Positions 10,530 to 22,800 of a DNA stretch of 64,000 nt are shown here, one piece after another. The notes below the pieces were generated by a model that was not told the DNA's origin, made no database searches, and saw only the letters and a list, made by a program, of their open reading frames with translations. The DNA lies in IMG/VR virus record IMGVR_UViG_3300024239_000132, positions 1 through 64,000 of that record; one strand, 5' to 3'. The translations under genes and the position numbers were made by a program. How positions within the stretch are numbered: position 1 is the first letter of the stretch; each line of letters begins with the position of its first letter. This DNA is from a virus.

Positions 10530-11183
10530 GTGACTGACCAGACGAACCAGGACCAGGAACAGCAGACTGACGCCGCTGACGAGCTGGCCCTTCTCAAGGC
10601 CCGTGCTACCCAGATGGGCATCAGCTTCTCGAACAACATCAAGGTCGAGACGCTTCGCACCAAGATCCAGGAAAAGCTGAACGCTGAGGATGCCGAGCTT
10701 GCCCAGGATACGGACGAAGACGAGCAGGATGGTCCTGCTGAATCTGTCCAGCCCAACGAAGCTCCCAAGGCTGCACGCAAGAAGACTCTGCGTGAGGAGC
10801 TTCTTGAATCGCAGATGAAGCTCGTGCGTTGCCGTATCTCGAATATGGATCCGAAGAAGCGCGATCTTCCCGGCGAGATTTTCACGATCGCCAACGAGTA
10901 CATCGGTACCGTTCGCAAGTTCGTGCCCTACGGTGAAGCCACCGATGAGGGTTATCACATTCCGTTTTGTATCTACACGGACCTCGAGAGCCGCCGCTTC
11001 CAGAACATTCGTGTGACCCGTGATCGTCGTACCGGTCAGACCAAGACCGAGACTTCGTTCGTCAAGGAGTTCGCCATCGAGATCCTGCCCGATCTGACGG
11101 CCGAAGAACTTGCTGCTCTGGCTCAGGCACAGCAGGCAGCCGGCAGCATCGAGAGCGCCTCGAACACGGACTACATGGTCTGA
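10530..11183 (+). CDS. Conserved protein (N4 gp55-like)
   Basis: LKARATQMGISFSNNI; KLVRCRISNMDPKKRDLPGEIFT. Confidence 0.8.
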   Translation: MTDQTNQDQEQQTDAADELALLKARATQMGISFSNNIKVETLRTKIQEKLNAEDAELAQDTDEDEQDGPAESVQPNEAPKAARKKTLREELLESQMKLVRCRISNMDPKKRDLPGEIFTIANEYIGTVRKFVPYGEATDEGYHIPFCIYTDLESRRFQNIRVTRDRRTGQTKTETSFVKEFAIEILPDLTAEELAALAQAQQAAGSIESASNTDYMV

Positions 11184-11221
11184 TTTCAGACCTGATCTGA
11201 ATTGATCCAAGGATACCATCA

Positions 11222-11887
11222 ATGACCATTATCGGTGACGACCTCGAAATTCGTTTGAGCAACGATGCCCTTACCGAGAAGGTCGTTGATGGTGCCGGGA
11301 TCTTTGACGTTCTCATGAGGAGCGTCTCGGTCCACCTCAGGGCCGAGTATGATGCAAGCCGCATCACTGGAGCCGAGTACTCCAAGACTTATGCCGCCTT
11401 GGTAGAAGCGACACTGGCCAACTCGGTCCAGTTCCTCCTGGGGCGTGACAAGACCTATTGGGAAGCCAAGGCTTCCCGCTATCAGGTCGAAACCCTGTTG
11501 CCTGCCCAGCTGGCTCAGATCACCACCGAAACTGCTCGTGCTTCTGTCGAAAAGGACAAGGCAACCTACGAGCTCACTTACATCCTTCCTGAGCAGAAGA
11601 AGATCGTTAGCGAACAGGCTGAAGCCCAACGAGCTCAGACACTCAATACCCGCTTTGACGGCACAACTGTTGCAGGTGTCCTGGGTCAGCAGAAAGCCCT
11701 CTACACCCAGCAGATCACCTCGTATCAGCGTGATGCCGAGGTCAAGGCAGCCAAACTGTTTACTGATGCCTGGACCGTGCAGAAGACGATCGATGAAGGT
11801 TTGCTGGCTCCGACCAACTTCCAGAATGCTACGGTCGATACCGTGCTCAATGCCATCAAGGCCAACAATGGATTGGCCACTACCTAA
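11222..11887 (+). CDS. Virion structural protein (N4 gp54-like)
   Basis: GAGIFDVLM..HLRAEYDASRITG; QITSYQRDAEVKAAKLFTDAW. Confidence 0.75.
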   Translation: MTIIGDDLEIRLSNDALTEKVVDGAGIFDVLMRSVSVHLRAEYDASRITGAEYSKTYAALVEATLANSVQFLLGRDKTYWEAKASRYQVETLLPAQLAQITTETARASVEKDKATYELTYILPEQKKIVSEQAEAQRAQTLNTRFDGTTVAGVLGQQKALYTQQITSYQRDAEVKAAKLFTDAWTVQKTIDEGLLAPTNFQNATVDTVLNAIKANNGLATT

Positions 11888-14022
11888 TGTCTAGACTTGT
11901 TGGCAGTCTCTCTGGGACCAACCTTGGTAATTCCAAACAGAAGCGCCACAAGTTTCTTCCTTTGGTGGTCCTTTCGCATATTCTTCAGGAGCGAAAGCAG
12001 ACCATCAGTCAAAGCATTGTCGACGCTCTCAAGCTGAGCCCTCTGGTTCAGGCAGAACGGGCTCGGAAGTGGTGGCGGACACCCGGTAATGCAAGCTACC
12101 TTGGTGACGTTTACGAAGCGATAGACCGCAGCCCCGAAATAGTCACATCCGATGGGGTGAGTACGGTACAACTCGACCGTGAAGGCATGACCTTCAATTA
12201 CAACTACCCCATCAGGGTAAGTGCCGAGCTGGAGTGGCTCTGGTTCGATAGCTGGCTTCGTCCCAGACAAGATTTTGTGTGGCGAGAAGGGTACGACTTT
12301 GCTCGCTTTCAGACCGAGCGAGCTGCCAGCAATCTGAGTTCGTTTTACCCCAGAGTGGGACCGGCCGTCTGGACATACTGGGCCAAGACCTATTGGCACG
12401 CTACGACACCAACTGATCCGTTTTCTCGTGAGAAGTCCTGGTACGCTACCTATGATTCCGCAACAGGAACCATCACGCTGACCAGTGACGGGAATTGGAC
12501 TCGATCGTTCAATCCAAGCATCGATATGAATGCCCAGTATCTTTATACCGGGTGGGACCTTGGGTTCTACCCGTACAAAGTGGGCGGCACAGACACGATT
12601 CTGAACCAGATTGTGGATGCATGCACAGCAACGCCTGAACCGGACTATGGTGCTTATCCGTTCATCCCGGTGCGCTTGAACAATGAGGCAGTGAATCAGA
12701 GTGGGCCTGAGATCAGTGCCCAAGCCAAGAAGCTCTTCAAGAAGGCTACCGGAAGCAAGTTGACCAAGCTCCTCGAAACTCTCGAGGATAATCCTGATGT
12801 CGAGGAGATCGACCTTGGGATGATCATGTTTGGCATCGAGGCCAACAATACGAAGGCTTATGCCAAGCGATATATCTACCGGTATTTCCAAGGTCTTCGA
12901 ACCAGAGCAGGAAATCCTAGTGGTGCATTCACGCTCAAGCTTGCCTCAAACGTACCTTACCCAGGTGGTTGGGCCAGTAATGCTGGTTATGCAGTCACAT
13001 TCAAGGGACTGTCCGAAACGACAGGCACAGGTCTCAGGATCCCTGGTTCGCAAGTGGGATCTCTTGTTTGGGAGGTTGTAGGCGAGGTAGCCAAGCTACA
13101 TTGGCAGGTTACCGCGGACGAATGGCGAACCATGTCGATCGACTGTGCCATTGCCCGCTGGATGGGTTTGCCTGGCGACAGTGTTATCAAGCTCTGGGAA
13201 GTAGTACTGACCACCACGGATACAGGGTTCCTGATTCCGTTTCACGCGCCAACACTCAAGGCCATGCGTAAGACTGACGGCATCGAGGTAGCTCAGGAAG
13301 GGCTTAATCTGATGGTTGGTACGTACACCTTGATCGACACATCAAGCATTACAGCCGGCATCATCTTCTTCATTGCTGGCGTGCTGCTTGTGGCTTTCCC
13401 CCCGGGTGCTCCGGGGGCTATTGGTCTGCTCGGTGCCAACGCAGCTGTAGGTGCAGCCATTGGTCTTGCCGGCACAGCTGCTGCTGTTGCCGGTGCAGTC
13501 ATTAATGCTGTTGCAGCAATCATCGTGATGAAGCTGATCCAGAAAGGGGCCATGCTTGTCTTTGGTGAGAAGATTGGAGCAATCATTGGTGCGGTGGTTG
13601 GCTTCGTTGCTGTGACCGTCGGCACGGGTCTCATGAATGGCCAGAGCATTTCCCAGATATGGGGAACCATGGGCTCAGCTCAGAACCTGTTGGCTCTAAC
13701 CAATGCAGTGGGCTCAGGCATATCAGGTTACATCTCAGCATCGATTGCCGATCTTCAGGCCGAAATGCAGGAGTATTCAGATCGCTACACTCAAAAGATG
13801 AGTGAGCTAGACGCTGCCTATGCAAAGGAATTTGCATATGGTAATCGCGTCATTGATCCAATGAGTTTAACCGGTACGCAGTCCGGAAACTTCCTGGAAA
13901 CTCCCTCACAATTTCTCTCCAGGACTCTGCTCACGGGGACGGATATTGCGGACATCTCTACGAGCATGATCAGCAGTTTCACCGATCTCACACTGACGAG
14001 CGAGCTTCCCGGCACTACCTAA
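11887..14022 (+). CDS. Virion protein with C-terminal TM segments (N4 gp53-like)
   Basis: YPFIPVRLNN; G/A-rich hydrophobic helices; ETPSQFLSRTL; synteny. Confidence 0.7.
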   Translation: MSRLVGSLSGTNLGNSKQKRHKFLPLVVLSHILQERKQTISQSIVDALKLSPLVQAERARKWWRTPGNASYLGDVYEAIDRSPEIVTSDGVSTVQLDREGMTFNYNYPIRVSAELEWLWFDSWLRPRQDFVWREGYDFARFQTERAASNLSSFYPRVGPAVWTYWAKTYWHATTPTDPFSREKSWYATYDSATGTITLTSDGNWTRSFNPSIDMNAQYLYTGWDLGFYPYKVGGTDTILNQIVDACTATPEPDYGAYPFIPVRLNNEAVNQSGPEISAQAKKLFKKATGSKLTKLLETLEDNPDVEEIDLGMIMFGIEANNTKAYAKRYIYRYFQGLRTRAGNPSGAFTLKLASNVPYPGGWASNAGYAVTFKGLSETTGTGLRIPGSQVGSLVWEVVGEVAKLHWQVTADEWRTMSIDCAIARWMGLPGDSVIKLWEVVLTTTDTGFLIPFHAPTLKAMRKTDGIEVAQEGLNLMVGTYTLIDTSSITAGIIFFIAGVLLVAFPPGAPGAIGLLGANAAVGAAIGLAGTAAAVAGAVINAVAAIIVMKLIQKGAMLVFGEKIGAIIGAVVGFVAVTVGTGLMNGQSISQIWGTMGSAQNLLALTNAVGSGISGYISASIADLQAEMQEYSDRYTQKMSELDAAYAKEFAYGNRVIDPMSLTGTQSGNFLETPSQFLSRTLLTGTDIADISTSMISSFTDLTLTSELPGTT

Positions 14023-14032
14023 GGAGCCTGCT

Positions 14033-14440
14033 GTGTCCGACTTCAACATTCTTGCTGGGCAGCCTGGGTACACTCAGGCTCTTCGTGCATATACGACCGA
14101 AAACATCCCGAGCTTTTCCGGCACGACCATTGCACCAAATATCGGTATGCCGGGTATTCCCGGTGGAATCGGTTCTCTGGATTTCAGTCAGAAGGTTGGT
14201 CTCGGTCTGCAAGGTCTAGGCACTGTCGCCAATCTCGTGCTTGGTCTCAAGCAGCTCAGCCTCGCCAACAAGCAGTACGGACTCCAGAAGCGAGCATTCG
14301 AGACCAACCTGACCAATCAGGTTCGCTCTTATAATGATGCTTTGGGTGACAGGCTTCGTGCTCGAGCCATGACCGAGACTGGCAATACCAACGGGGTCGA
14401 TCAACAGATCAAGGAACGCAGCCTGACCACGGGCATGTGA
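14033..14440 (+). CDS. Ejection protein (N4 gp52-like)
   Basis: G-rich hydrophobic segment then LANKQYGLQKRAFETNLTNQVRSYN. Confidence 0.65.
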   Translation: MSDFNILAGQPGYTQALRAYTTENIPSFSGTTIAPNIGMPGIPGGIGSLDFSQKVGLGLQGLGTVANLVLGLKQLSLANKQYGLQKRAFETNLTNQVRSYNDALGDRLRARAMTETGNTNGVDQQIKERSLTTGM

Positions 14441-14467
14441 TCTCTCTGGTTCCCGAAAGGATTTATA

Positions 14468-16780
14468 ATGGCACAGCTCCAATGGCGCGATGTAGCCGCA
14501 CCCAATTTCTCCGGAGCCATGGAAGGTGTTGATGCGGCCAGTCGGCTGATCAACAGTGCCTTGAACCAGGCTCAAGGCGGTGTGCGTGAATACCAGAAGA
14601 TCCAGGATGATGCCCTCAACAGCAGGCTCATGGCTCAGCTTGTGGGTATGGATTCCGCTGACGATGCAGCAGCTATTCCTGGCATGATTGCTGGGGTCAA
14701 GGATCCAAGCCGTATCAGCTCGGATGTCTTTTCGCTGATGATGGGCCGAAAAGGTCAACTCACTCAGCAAGAGCTAGGTGATCTGAACTTGCGGGATACC
14801 CGCAATACCTCAGATCGTAACATGGCATTCCAGCACCTGTTGGATGCAGCAACGCCTGAAATCCAGGCTTATAATGCCGCGGTAGCTGCCAACGACCCGA
14901 AGGCCATTGCAGCCACTAGGGCCGCTGTATTCAACAAGGTTCAGGGCGGTCCTGCCGAGAAGTTCCTGGCTCTATCAGGTCAGCTCAGCGGTATGGAGAG
15001 TAGTGCTCTGGGGATCGTTGGGTCTCGTCAGCGTATTGGAATTGACGCTGAGAACCAGGGATGGACCCGGGAAGACCGTGTGTTTGATCAAAAGGCAGCT
15101 GAAATCGCCGGGCAAATTCAGCTTGGCGGTGCTCTCACACGTGATGATTACGAGGCAATGGCCCGCAACATGGGGCTGGACGGCCGACTGTTTGAAGCCG
15201 TTATGCGTCGTGCTCCGCAGTTCTCTGACTTTGGTGGGTATGCTCCACCGGATCTGTTGGGTGGTGGTGGTGCTGACTCGAATGCTCTTCGTGCCATCAC
15301 CGGCGGTGGCGAGGGCAATCTTGGGATTGGCTCTGTACCTGCCAATGTGACCACGCTCGGTCAGGCCGTACAGTTCGGCAAGAGTCTGAACAATCGTGGT
15401 CAGGCTTCCAGTGCCATGGGTCTCTTCCAGATTACCCAGAGCACGATGGAAGAGTTCGCACCAAAAGCATTTGGCGCCAATTGGCAGAATCAACGTTTTG
15501 ACGATCCCCGGGTCCAGGATGCTGTTGCTCGTAAGATCTTCGAGGATGCGATAAGCAAACGCAATCCTGGTGAGGCTCTGCGAGGTCGTTGGGTATCACT
15601 CTCCCCACAGGATGCTGCCCGTGTCGCTCGCATGCCTTGGGAACAGGCACGAGAGATCATTTCTCAGAAGGAGTCCAGCAGCTCTGTCGGTGCTCTGATT
15701 GCACAGGCAGCAGGGCAGGCCGTGGATAATACCCAGCGTCGATCTGCATTCGTGGAAACCAATGCAGGCGACAATCTGGCACTGAACTTTGCCAATCTTG
15801 CAGGCAGCACGGAGACCCCGGCACAGGTAGCTCGTCGTATTGCCAAGGAGCTCCCCGGAGCCAATCCCGCCTGGGTCGAAGAACGGATCATCTCACTTCA
15901 AAGCAAGATTGCCGGTGCCGGCGGTTCACGCCGTAAGGTCAACGCTGCAATGGTGGGTCAGGCTCTGCTCGATAATGCCGGGGCGCAGTCTGCCCGTGAG
16001 GGTTGGTACAATCCCAAGCGTTGGCTGCCGGATTCTTTCCGTGGGAACACCCTCGGAGAAGACATCACGGTCGATATGGATGCAGCCTACAATTCGCTTG
16101 ATGGCTACGCCAAGGGTCGGATGGACGATCGCATTGCTGCGAACACAGCAATGGCTGCAACTGCTGGTGTACAGGCAAATGCTCAGCAGCAGTACCAGGC
16201 TGCCAAAGCTCGGTACGATGCCAAGGTTCGTGCAGCTCAGACAAAGGGTATCAGGAACCCTAATCTGAACCGAGAGCTGGCAGATCTGCGTATCGCAGAG
16301 AGCAACTATATGGGTGCCATGGGTCAGCCCTCAGGAGGTCTGCCAGGACGTGATGAGAGCAGGCAGGCTCCAAGTGCTCCTGCTCCACAAAGGCAAGCAC
16401 AGCGTCCTGCTCCGGCCCCGGCACCCAAGCCTGCTCCAAGGCAGGTTGCCCCACAGGCTCCAAGGCAACAAGTGGCAGAGCGTCCCTGGATCAAGCCGGA
16501 ACAGCGTCGAGCCATGGAAGCTGCTGCAAACCGTGATTCCAAAGATGCAGGTGGCTGGGGTGTTCAGCGTGCTTTTTGGGGCAAAGCCGGTGAAGCTATT
16601 GCCAATGCTTTGACGCCATCGAAGGTGACAAGTCCTCGAGGTGGTAATGGCCAGTCTGGATTGCAGAGGCTGGATAGCATTCTCGACAACGCGTCTTATC
16701 CGGTGGGCACTACTAGAAGTCAGGTTTTGGCCCAGCGAAATGAGTTGGCCAGACAACAAGGTAAGCCTTTAAGGAAGTGA
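14468..16780 (+). CDS. Ejection protein (N4 gp51-like) with lysozyme/transglycosylase-like domain
   Basis: MAQLQWRDVAAP start; SSAMGLFQITQSTM...FDDPRVQDAVA...WVSL lysozyme-like motif; directly upstream of vRNAP. Confidence 0.7.
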   Translation: MAQLQWRDVAAPNFSGAMEGVDAASRLINSALNQAQGGVREYQKIQDDALNSRLMAQLVGMDSADDAAAIPGMIAGVKDPSRISSDVFSLMMGRKGQLTQQELGDLNLRDTRNTSDRNMAFQHLLDAATPEIQAYNAAVAANDPKAIAATRAAVFNKVQGGPAEKFLALSGQLSGMESSALGIVGSRQRIGIDAENQGWTREDRVFDQKAAEIAGQIQLGGALTRDDYEAMARNMGLDGRLFEAVMRRAPQFSDFGGYAPPDLLGGGGADSNALRAITGGGEGNLGIGSVPANVTTLGQAVQFGKSLNNRGQASSAMGLFQITQSTMEEFAPKAFGANWQNQRFDDPRVQDAVARKIFEDAISKRNPGEALRGRWVSLSPQDAARVARMPWEQAREIISQKESSSSVGALIAQAAGQAVDNTQRRSAFVETNAGDNLALNFANLAGSTETPAQVARRIAKELPGANPAWVEERIISLQSKIAGAGGSRRKVNAAMVGQALLDNAGAQSAREGWYNPKRWLPDSFRGNTLGEDITVDMDAAYNSLDGYAKGRMDDRIAANTAMAATAGVQANAQQQYQAAKARYDAKVRAAQTKGIRNPNLNRELADLRIAESNYMGAMGQPSGGLPGRDESRQAPSAPAPQRQAQRPAPAPAPKPAPRQVAPQAPRQQVAERPWIKPEQRRAMEAAANRDSKDAGGWGVQRAFWGKAGEAIANALTPSKVTSPRGGNGQSGLQRLDSILDNASYPVGTTRSQVLAQRNELARQQGKPLRK

Positions 16781-16784
16781 AGTT

Positions 16785-16816
16785 GAAAAGGCCCAGGTGA
16801 TTCTGGGCCTTTTCTC
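16785..16816 (+). terminator. Hairpin terminator (possibly bidirectional)
   Basis: GAAAAGGCCCAG-GTGATT-CTGGGCCTTTTC. Confidence 0.75.
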
Positions 16817-16875
16817 TTCTAATTTTCAAGTCTGGCTGATAACTCACTTGAGACTTTTCAACTCAAGGGGCTGCC

Positions 16876-19800
16876 ATGTCTGGCTACACCGACTTTCTCA
16901 AGCGCTTCACCGTAGCAAACGTAGGCCCTGTCCCTGTTCAGCAACCTAATGCTGACACATTCTATAAGATTGCCGCTGCTCGTCAGAATGGCACTGGCCA
17001 GTCTAATTCAGATCCAGTGGAACAGGATCTCCAGAGCTTGAGCACAAGCGAGATCATCGCCAAGTATGGTCCTGTCGGCCTCACCATGGTTCAACAAAGA
17101 GCCATGGGTGATGCCCGTTATACGCGAGATCGTTACGATCCAGCTGGCAGCACTCTGACCGATACAGCAATGTCTGTCGGTAAGGGCTTTGCCAATAGCG
17201 TCGGCGGTCTGGTCAACCTCGGTGTTGGCCTGGTCAATGATGATGCCGGAGCTTGGACTGCCGAGAAACTCGGAGACTTCAATAGCTGGGTTCAGTCCAA
17301 ACAATCTGATGGCCTGAATGCACATCGGCGTGCAAACAAGGTTACGAACGAAATTTCGTTCGCAGATAATAAGGCTATCTATGAAAACGAGCGCAAGTCC
17401 GAAGGTGATTTTCTTGCAAGCTTGCGCCGTATTGGCCGGGATGCAATGTCTGCCGTCGGTAATGCGAGTTCGGATGGAACCATACTGACAGACGGCATTG
17501 CCGATGCTGGTGGCTCACTGTTGAGTGGTGGCCTGATATCCAAGGGTGCCCGTGTTCTCGGCAGTAAACTGGTACAGGGTCTTTTGGCCAGAGGTGTCCT
17601 GTCCGAAGGTGCTGCACTAAAAGCAGCTGATGTCGGCGGTCGAGTTTCCATGCCTGGTACTATCGGCGGTATGGAAGCCGGTGGAGCTTACCAACAGACC
17701 GTTCAGCAAGTGATGGCCATGAGCCATGATGATCTTGTTGCTGGATCGCCAGAATATGTGAAACTTCTTCAGGAAGGTTGGGATCCGGAGGATGCCCAGG
17801 TAGAACTGGCTACGAGTGCCGGCCTTACAGCAGCTGCTATCCAGTTTCCTGTTGCAGCTGCCGCTGGTACTCTGGTCTCCAAGTTCGAGGCTAATCCATT
17901 CAAGGGTGCTTTCTCTGGTCTGGGTATTGTCAAGAATGGCGCCAACGAAGCCATCGAAGAAGCAGTACAGTCTGGTTTTGGACAGCTCGCCGGAAATGTC
18001 GGTACCCGGGCATTTGCCGATCAGAACCAAGACCTCACAGATGGTGTAGGTGAGCAGGCTGGCCTTGGTGCCCTTTATGGCTTCGGCTCGGCAGCAGCAG
18101 TTCAGGTCCCTGGTTCAGCAGCTTCGGCTGCCATTGCTGGAACTGTTGCAGCTGCCAAGGGAGCTAAGGTTCTAGGCAACAAGGCCGTTGACGCATTCGA
18201 CAAGCGCCTGACTTCGGTGAAGGAAGGCATTGATCAGCTCAATCCTGTCTCCAAGGATAACATCAATACTGCGGTCGAGCAGACCCTTACTGAAGCTCCT
18301 GCTGTTGCTCAGCAGGTTCAGGCTGATGTCGAAGCTGGCACACTGACCCCTGAACAGGGGGATGCAATCAAGCAGCGTCTGGATACGCTCCAGCAATCGA
18401 TCGCATTTGATCCAGTAGAGATCGAGGACCGGAATCTGTCTCCCGCCGTCAAGTCTGTGATTGGTTCGGCTACAAACAAGTTCGATGCATTGCAGAAGGC
18501 TGCTCAGCTGGCAGGCAGCAAGCAAGTCGATGTTCCGAGCAGGATCGAAGCTGCCCTCTACATCAATGACACTTTGAACAAGTTCGGCGCCCAGCTGATC
18601 GGTGATTTCACCAGTGCGATTGATATCGTTCCGGACGATCATGCCAGCCTGCCCAAGCTGCGTGAGTTCGAAGATGTTCTTATAAACTTCCAGCAGAACC
18701 CGGAGCTTCAGCAGGCTCGTCAGGCTGCCCAGCAATACGTAGAACGTATGCAGGCAGAAGCTCTGTCAGAGCAAGCTGTTGCCACCCCTAAAGGTCAGCA
18801 GGCTGTCCGTGGTGTGGTCAGCGTTGCCGAGAGCAACCCTGAATCAGTCAGCGAGGATCTGGCCAACCTGGTTCTCGAGCATGCTCGTATGGGCCGTGTG
18901 AAGCTGACGCCTCAGCAGACCCGAGTTCTGACCAATGCGGCCGTGCTCTCCAAGACGGGCAACACTTACAAGCTGGAAGCCAAGAAGCGTGAGCTGAAGC
19001 CTACTGATATTGTCCGTGCTCAGGTTCTGACTGACGAGATGAAGGCTACCCCTGAAGCCAAAGGTGAAGCTCTGTCCCTGGCTCAACATGTCCGCGGCAT
19101 CAATGATGCTTATCGGGCCAGCAATCTGGAGCTTGCTGCCCAGCGTCTCAAGAGACTGTCGGACTTTGCCCAGCATTTCCAGAACAAGGTAGCTGCACTC
19201 AACACCGCATATGAGACCGGAGCCAACTCCGATCGTAATGCTGTCGAGTTCGAGGGTCTGAGCCTCAAGGGTGCATGGGGAGCCAAGGGTCGAGCATGGA
19301 TTAGTCCCACCAAGGTTGGTTCGATCAAGCTGGCTCAGTCGGTGGCTCTTGAAGCCAAGGCTCTGGCTGACATGGCCAATGGTATGGCCCAGTCCATGCC
19401 TGAGCTTGGCATTGGTCCTGTAACACCTGTCGAGCTCAATCCGGATTTGGTTGGTCCGTCGACCAAGGTTGCCCAGCGTTTCCAGAATGCTCCTGAAAAA
19501 GCTCCTACCAAGCTCATCGAGCTTGAGGAGACAGCGAAGGTCGAGCCGGCACAGGCGGAGCCGAGCAAGGCTCAGACCGAGAGCGTGGCTCCGAAAGCGG
19601 AAGTGACTGAAAATGTCACCCCCTCTCCCACCAAAACTGTTGAGGCTGAGCCTGTCGACAAGCCTGTGGATGAAGTTTCCACAGAGCCTGTTGAAACTTC
19701 TCCGGCAGTCGAACCGGTCGAAGCACCGGAGAGTTCTGATCGCGCCAGCGATCAGGAATCGACAAAGGCTGAGACCCAGACTGAAGAAGCAAAAGCCGAT

Positions 19801-22800
19801 CCAGAACAGGAAGCAAAACCTGTTACAGTAGAGCAGGCATACCCGAATCTGTTCGAGACCGAGAAGGTCAAGAACTGGTTTCGTCGTGCCTACAAGTTCC
19901 CCAAGGAAGTTCGCTCTCGCTTGGTTGGCAAGGACAGTCCGCTATCGTTCATCAACGAAGCGGTGCAGTCGAATGATACTTACTCGAAGCTGCTCGAAGG
20001 CAAGTCGACCAAGACCCTGACGGCTGATGTCGCCAAGGCTTATGCTGACTTTCTGGCCGTTGGCAGTGATGTCTTTGTCGAAATGGACAAGAGCCTCGAG
20101 AAGTTCTTGGACAGTGCCCAGAACAAGAAAGAAGGCACCACTTTCCGTGATGCCCTGACCAATGGTCTGAGCCTTGATAGCGGCAATCAGGTCAATGGCT
20201 TTCCTCGCGGTAAAGCCCTGAACATTGTTGAGCAGAACGAAGATGGTTCGTTCTCTTACAATGAGCAGTTGGCTGAGGCTGCAATCCTCGCCGGCCTTCA
20301 GTGGATGGTCACTGCCAAGGATCGCATGCGTGAGCTCGATGCCGAGGAAATTGCCAAGATCACTGGCCTCACCGAAGCCGAAGCAACCGAGCATGTGAAC
20401 TTCTTTAATGATGGTCTGTGGCGTGTTGCTGCAAAGCGTGATCTCGCCAATCTCATCACACGCTACTGGGGTGTGCAAGGCAACCGTGAAGCTCCTGAGG
20501 GCTATGTCCGTGGTATTGCTGAAGGTGTGGCGTCTGAGGTTCTGCGTGGCTTGCAGGCTTCTGGTATGCTCATTGAGGATGGCCGCAAGATCGATGGTAA
20601 AGATCATGTGCTGTTCCGCTTTACGGACGAAGCCCAAGACCACTTTGACAGGATCGCTGCCTTCCCGTCAGCAATCGAAGAGGCAGTGCTCGTCGAACCG
20701 GAGAACGTGAACTACATTGGTTCGGCTCCGGGTGAGGTCGCAACCAATCAACTGCACGGATCTCCTGTTCCTCTGCTGGATCAGCAGAAGCAAGCACTGG
20801 AAGCTGCCCAGAATACACCATTCACGCTCAACCTGAATATGCTGAGCTTTCTTGAGATGCTCGGTGAGGAAGGTGTGTTGGCTCTGTTCGGAAAGGGTGA
20901 TCCCACTGGCCGTGGTCTCCTCAAGAAGACTGCCGAGACGATCAAAGGCTACAACCAGACAGTGCTGTCCGGCTATAAGCACCTGACCAATCTTGTCCGT
21001 GAGATGGACAACGTGGCCGACACTACCGGAACCAAGGTAGAAGAGCTGCCTGTGTTCTTCCGTTACGGTATCTCGTCGGTTGGCCGTATGCAGATGCAGG
21101 GCCGTGCTTCGCCCCAGGCAAGCAAGCTGGTTCGTGAGGTTCTGCTGCCTACGTGGAGCACCTTGGATCTGAGCCAGGTTGGTTCGGAACAGCATAATGC
21201 TTTCCTGCTGGCTGTGGGCCAACACATTGGGGTCAAGGTTCACAAGCTGAAGCCTGGCCAGGCCATCGAAAAGACCATGGATGAGCTCGGCACTAAGTAT
21301 GCTGGCATCGTCGAAATGATGTCGCAGTGGCTTGCTACCGAAGGCGCCGAAACTTGGGGTCAGGCAGAGATCGACCGGATCAAGTCGGTCTTGGGGAACA
21401 AGGTCGCTCCCGGTGCCGTGCATGCTTTAATGGAGTATGCCCGTTACCTCAACGACCTCGATGGTCGTAAGGCTCTCCGCACTGGCCTGTATCTTGAAGC
21501 TGACGGTGTGACCGATGGTCCAGTCAATGCCCTGATGAATCTGGTGGCTGGCAAGTTCACACCAGGGTGGCTGGATCTCATGAACCGTGGTGGCATGTAC
21601 CTTGGATCTAATCCGGTATCTCTTGCCGATTATGTCACCCGGTCAAAGGACAGCTCTGAGGATCTGTACCAGAAGACCACCAACTTCCTCTACGAGCACC
21701 TGTCTTCGTTGTGGGACAAGCTCTCGTCGAGCTCGCGTGCAAGCGAGATGAGCAACATGATGGGTGATCTGTTCATCGATCTGCTGCCTGATGTTCGGGT
21801 AGAAGATGGTCAGGTCAAGTTCGAGCGCGGCATTGCCAAGAATCCCCTGACCGTGACGGTATATGGTTCTGGTGTCCGCGGTATTGCATCGAAGCTGACC
21901 GCTGGTCTGTTGGAAGAGCTCTACGATAGGCTGTCCACCGGTGAGCAGCTGCTGCCTCAGACAGAGCGTGCTCTGCGTGTTTTGACCACTACCAAGCTGA
22001 CACGCAAGTTCGGCAAGTACAATGCTGTCCGGGTTGAAGGGATCAATCTCAACACCGGTTCTGGTGTCGACTTCGAGCTGACCAAGGACATGATCAAGAT
22101 CCTTGAAGATAACGTGATGCAGCTGTTTGCTCGGCCGCTGACCGGAGCTGTTCGAGAGATCATGGATGACGCTCTTGAGACTGCCACCACGCTACGGATG
22201 GCAACTCAGGCTCAGTCTATTTTCTTCAAGTATGCCTACCGTCAGGCCATCGCTGATGCGATTGCCAACAAGGACGGATCAGATGGCACTCTTGGTTCGG
22301 ACTTCCTGTCCCAGGCTGAACTGGATCAGATATTCAAGGATCTTCAGAAAAAGTTTCCGATGATCAATACCGGTACTCAGATGATCTGGGTAGGTGGCTC
22401 GGCTGAGGCCGATATCGAGCAAGCTGAATTCGGCGGTGCTCTGGATGGCAGTCTGCGTTCGCCGGGCTATACCTATGGTCCAGAGAACTCTGGTGTTTCG
22501 GGTATCCCATTCATTGTCATCTCGACGGGTGATGGTCAGATGATCCTGAATGCACTGACCGGAGAACAAGCGCCTCAAGGCACTCTGCCGGTGTTCGATG
22601 GCATCAACATGAAGCTCGACACGATCAAGTCTGACAGCGAGCAAATCAACAAGGCTGTCTATGATGGCTGGGCCAAGAATCCTGTTCGTGCTGTTCAGCA
22701 GAGCTTTGCCCGGTTCATGGCCAACCTCGATACCAGCAATGTCTCTGATGAGATGAATGCTGAACTTGAGCAGGCTTTCAGGGATGGACCTGATTTCACT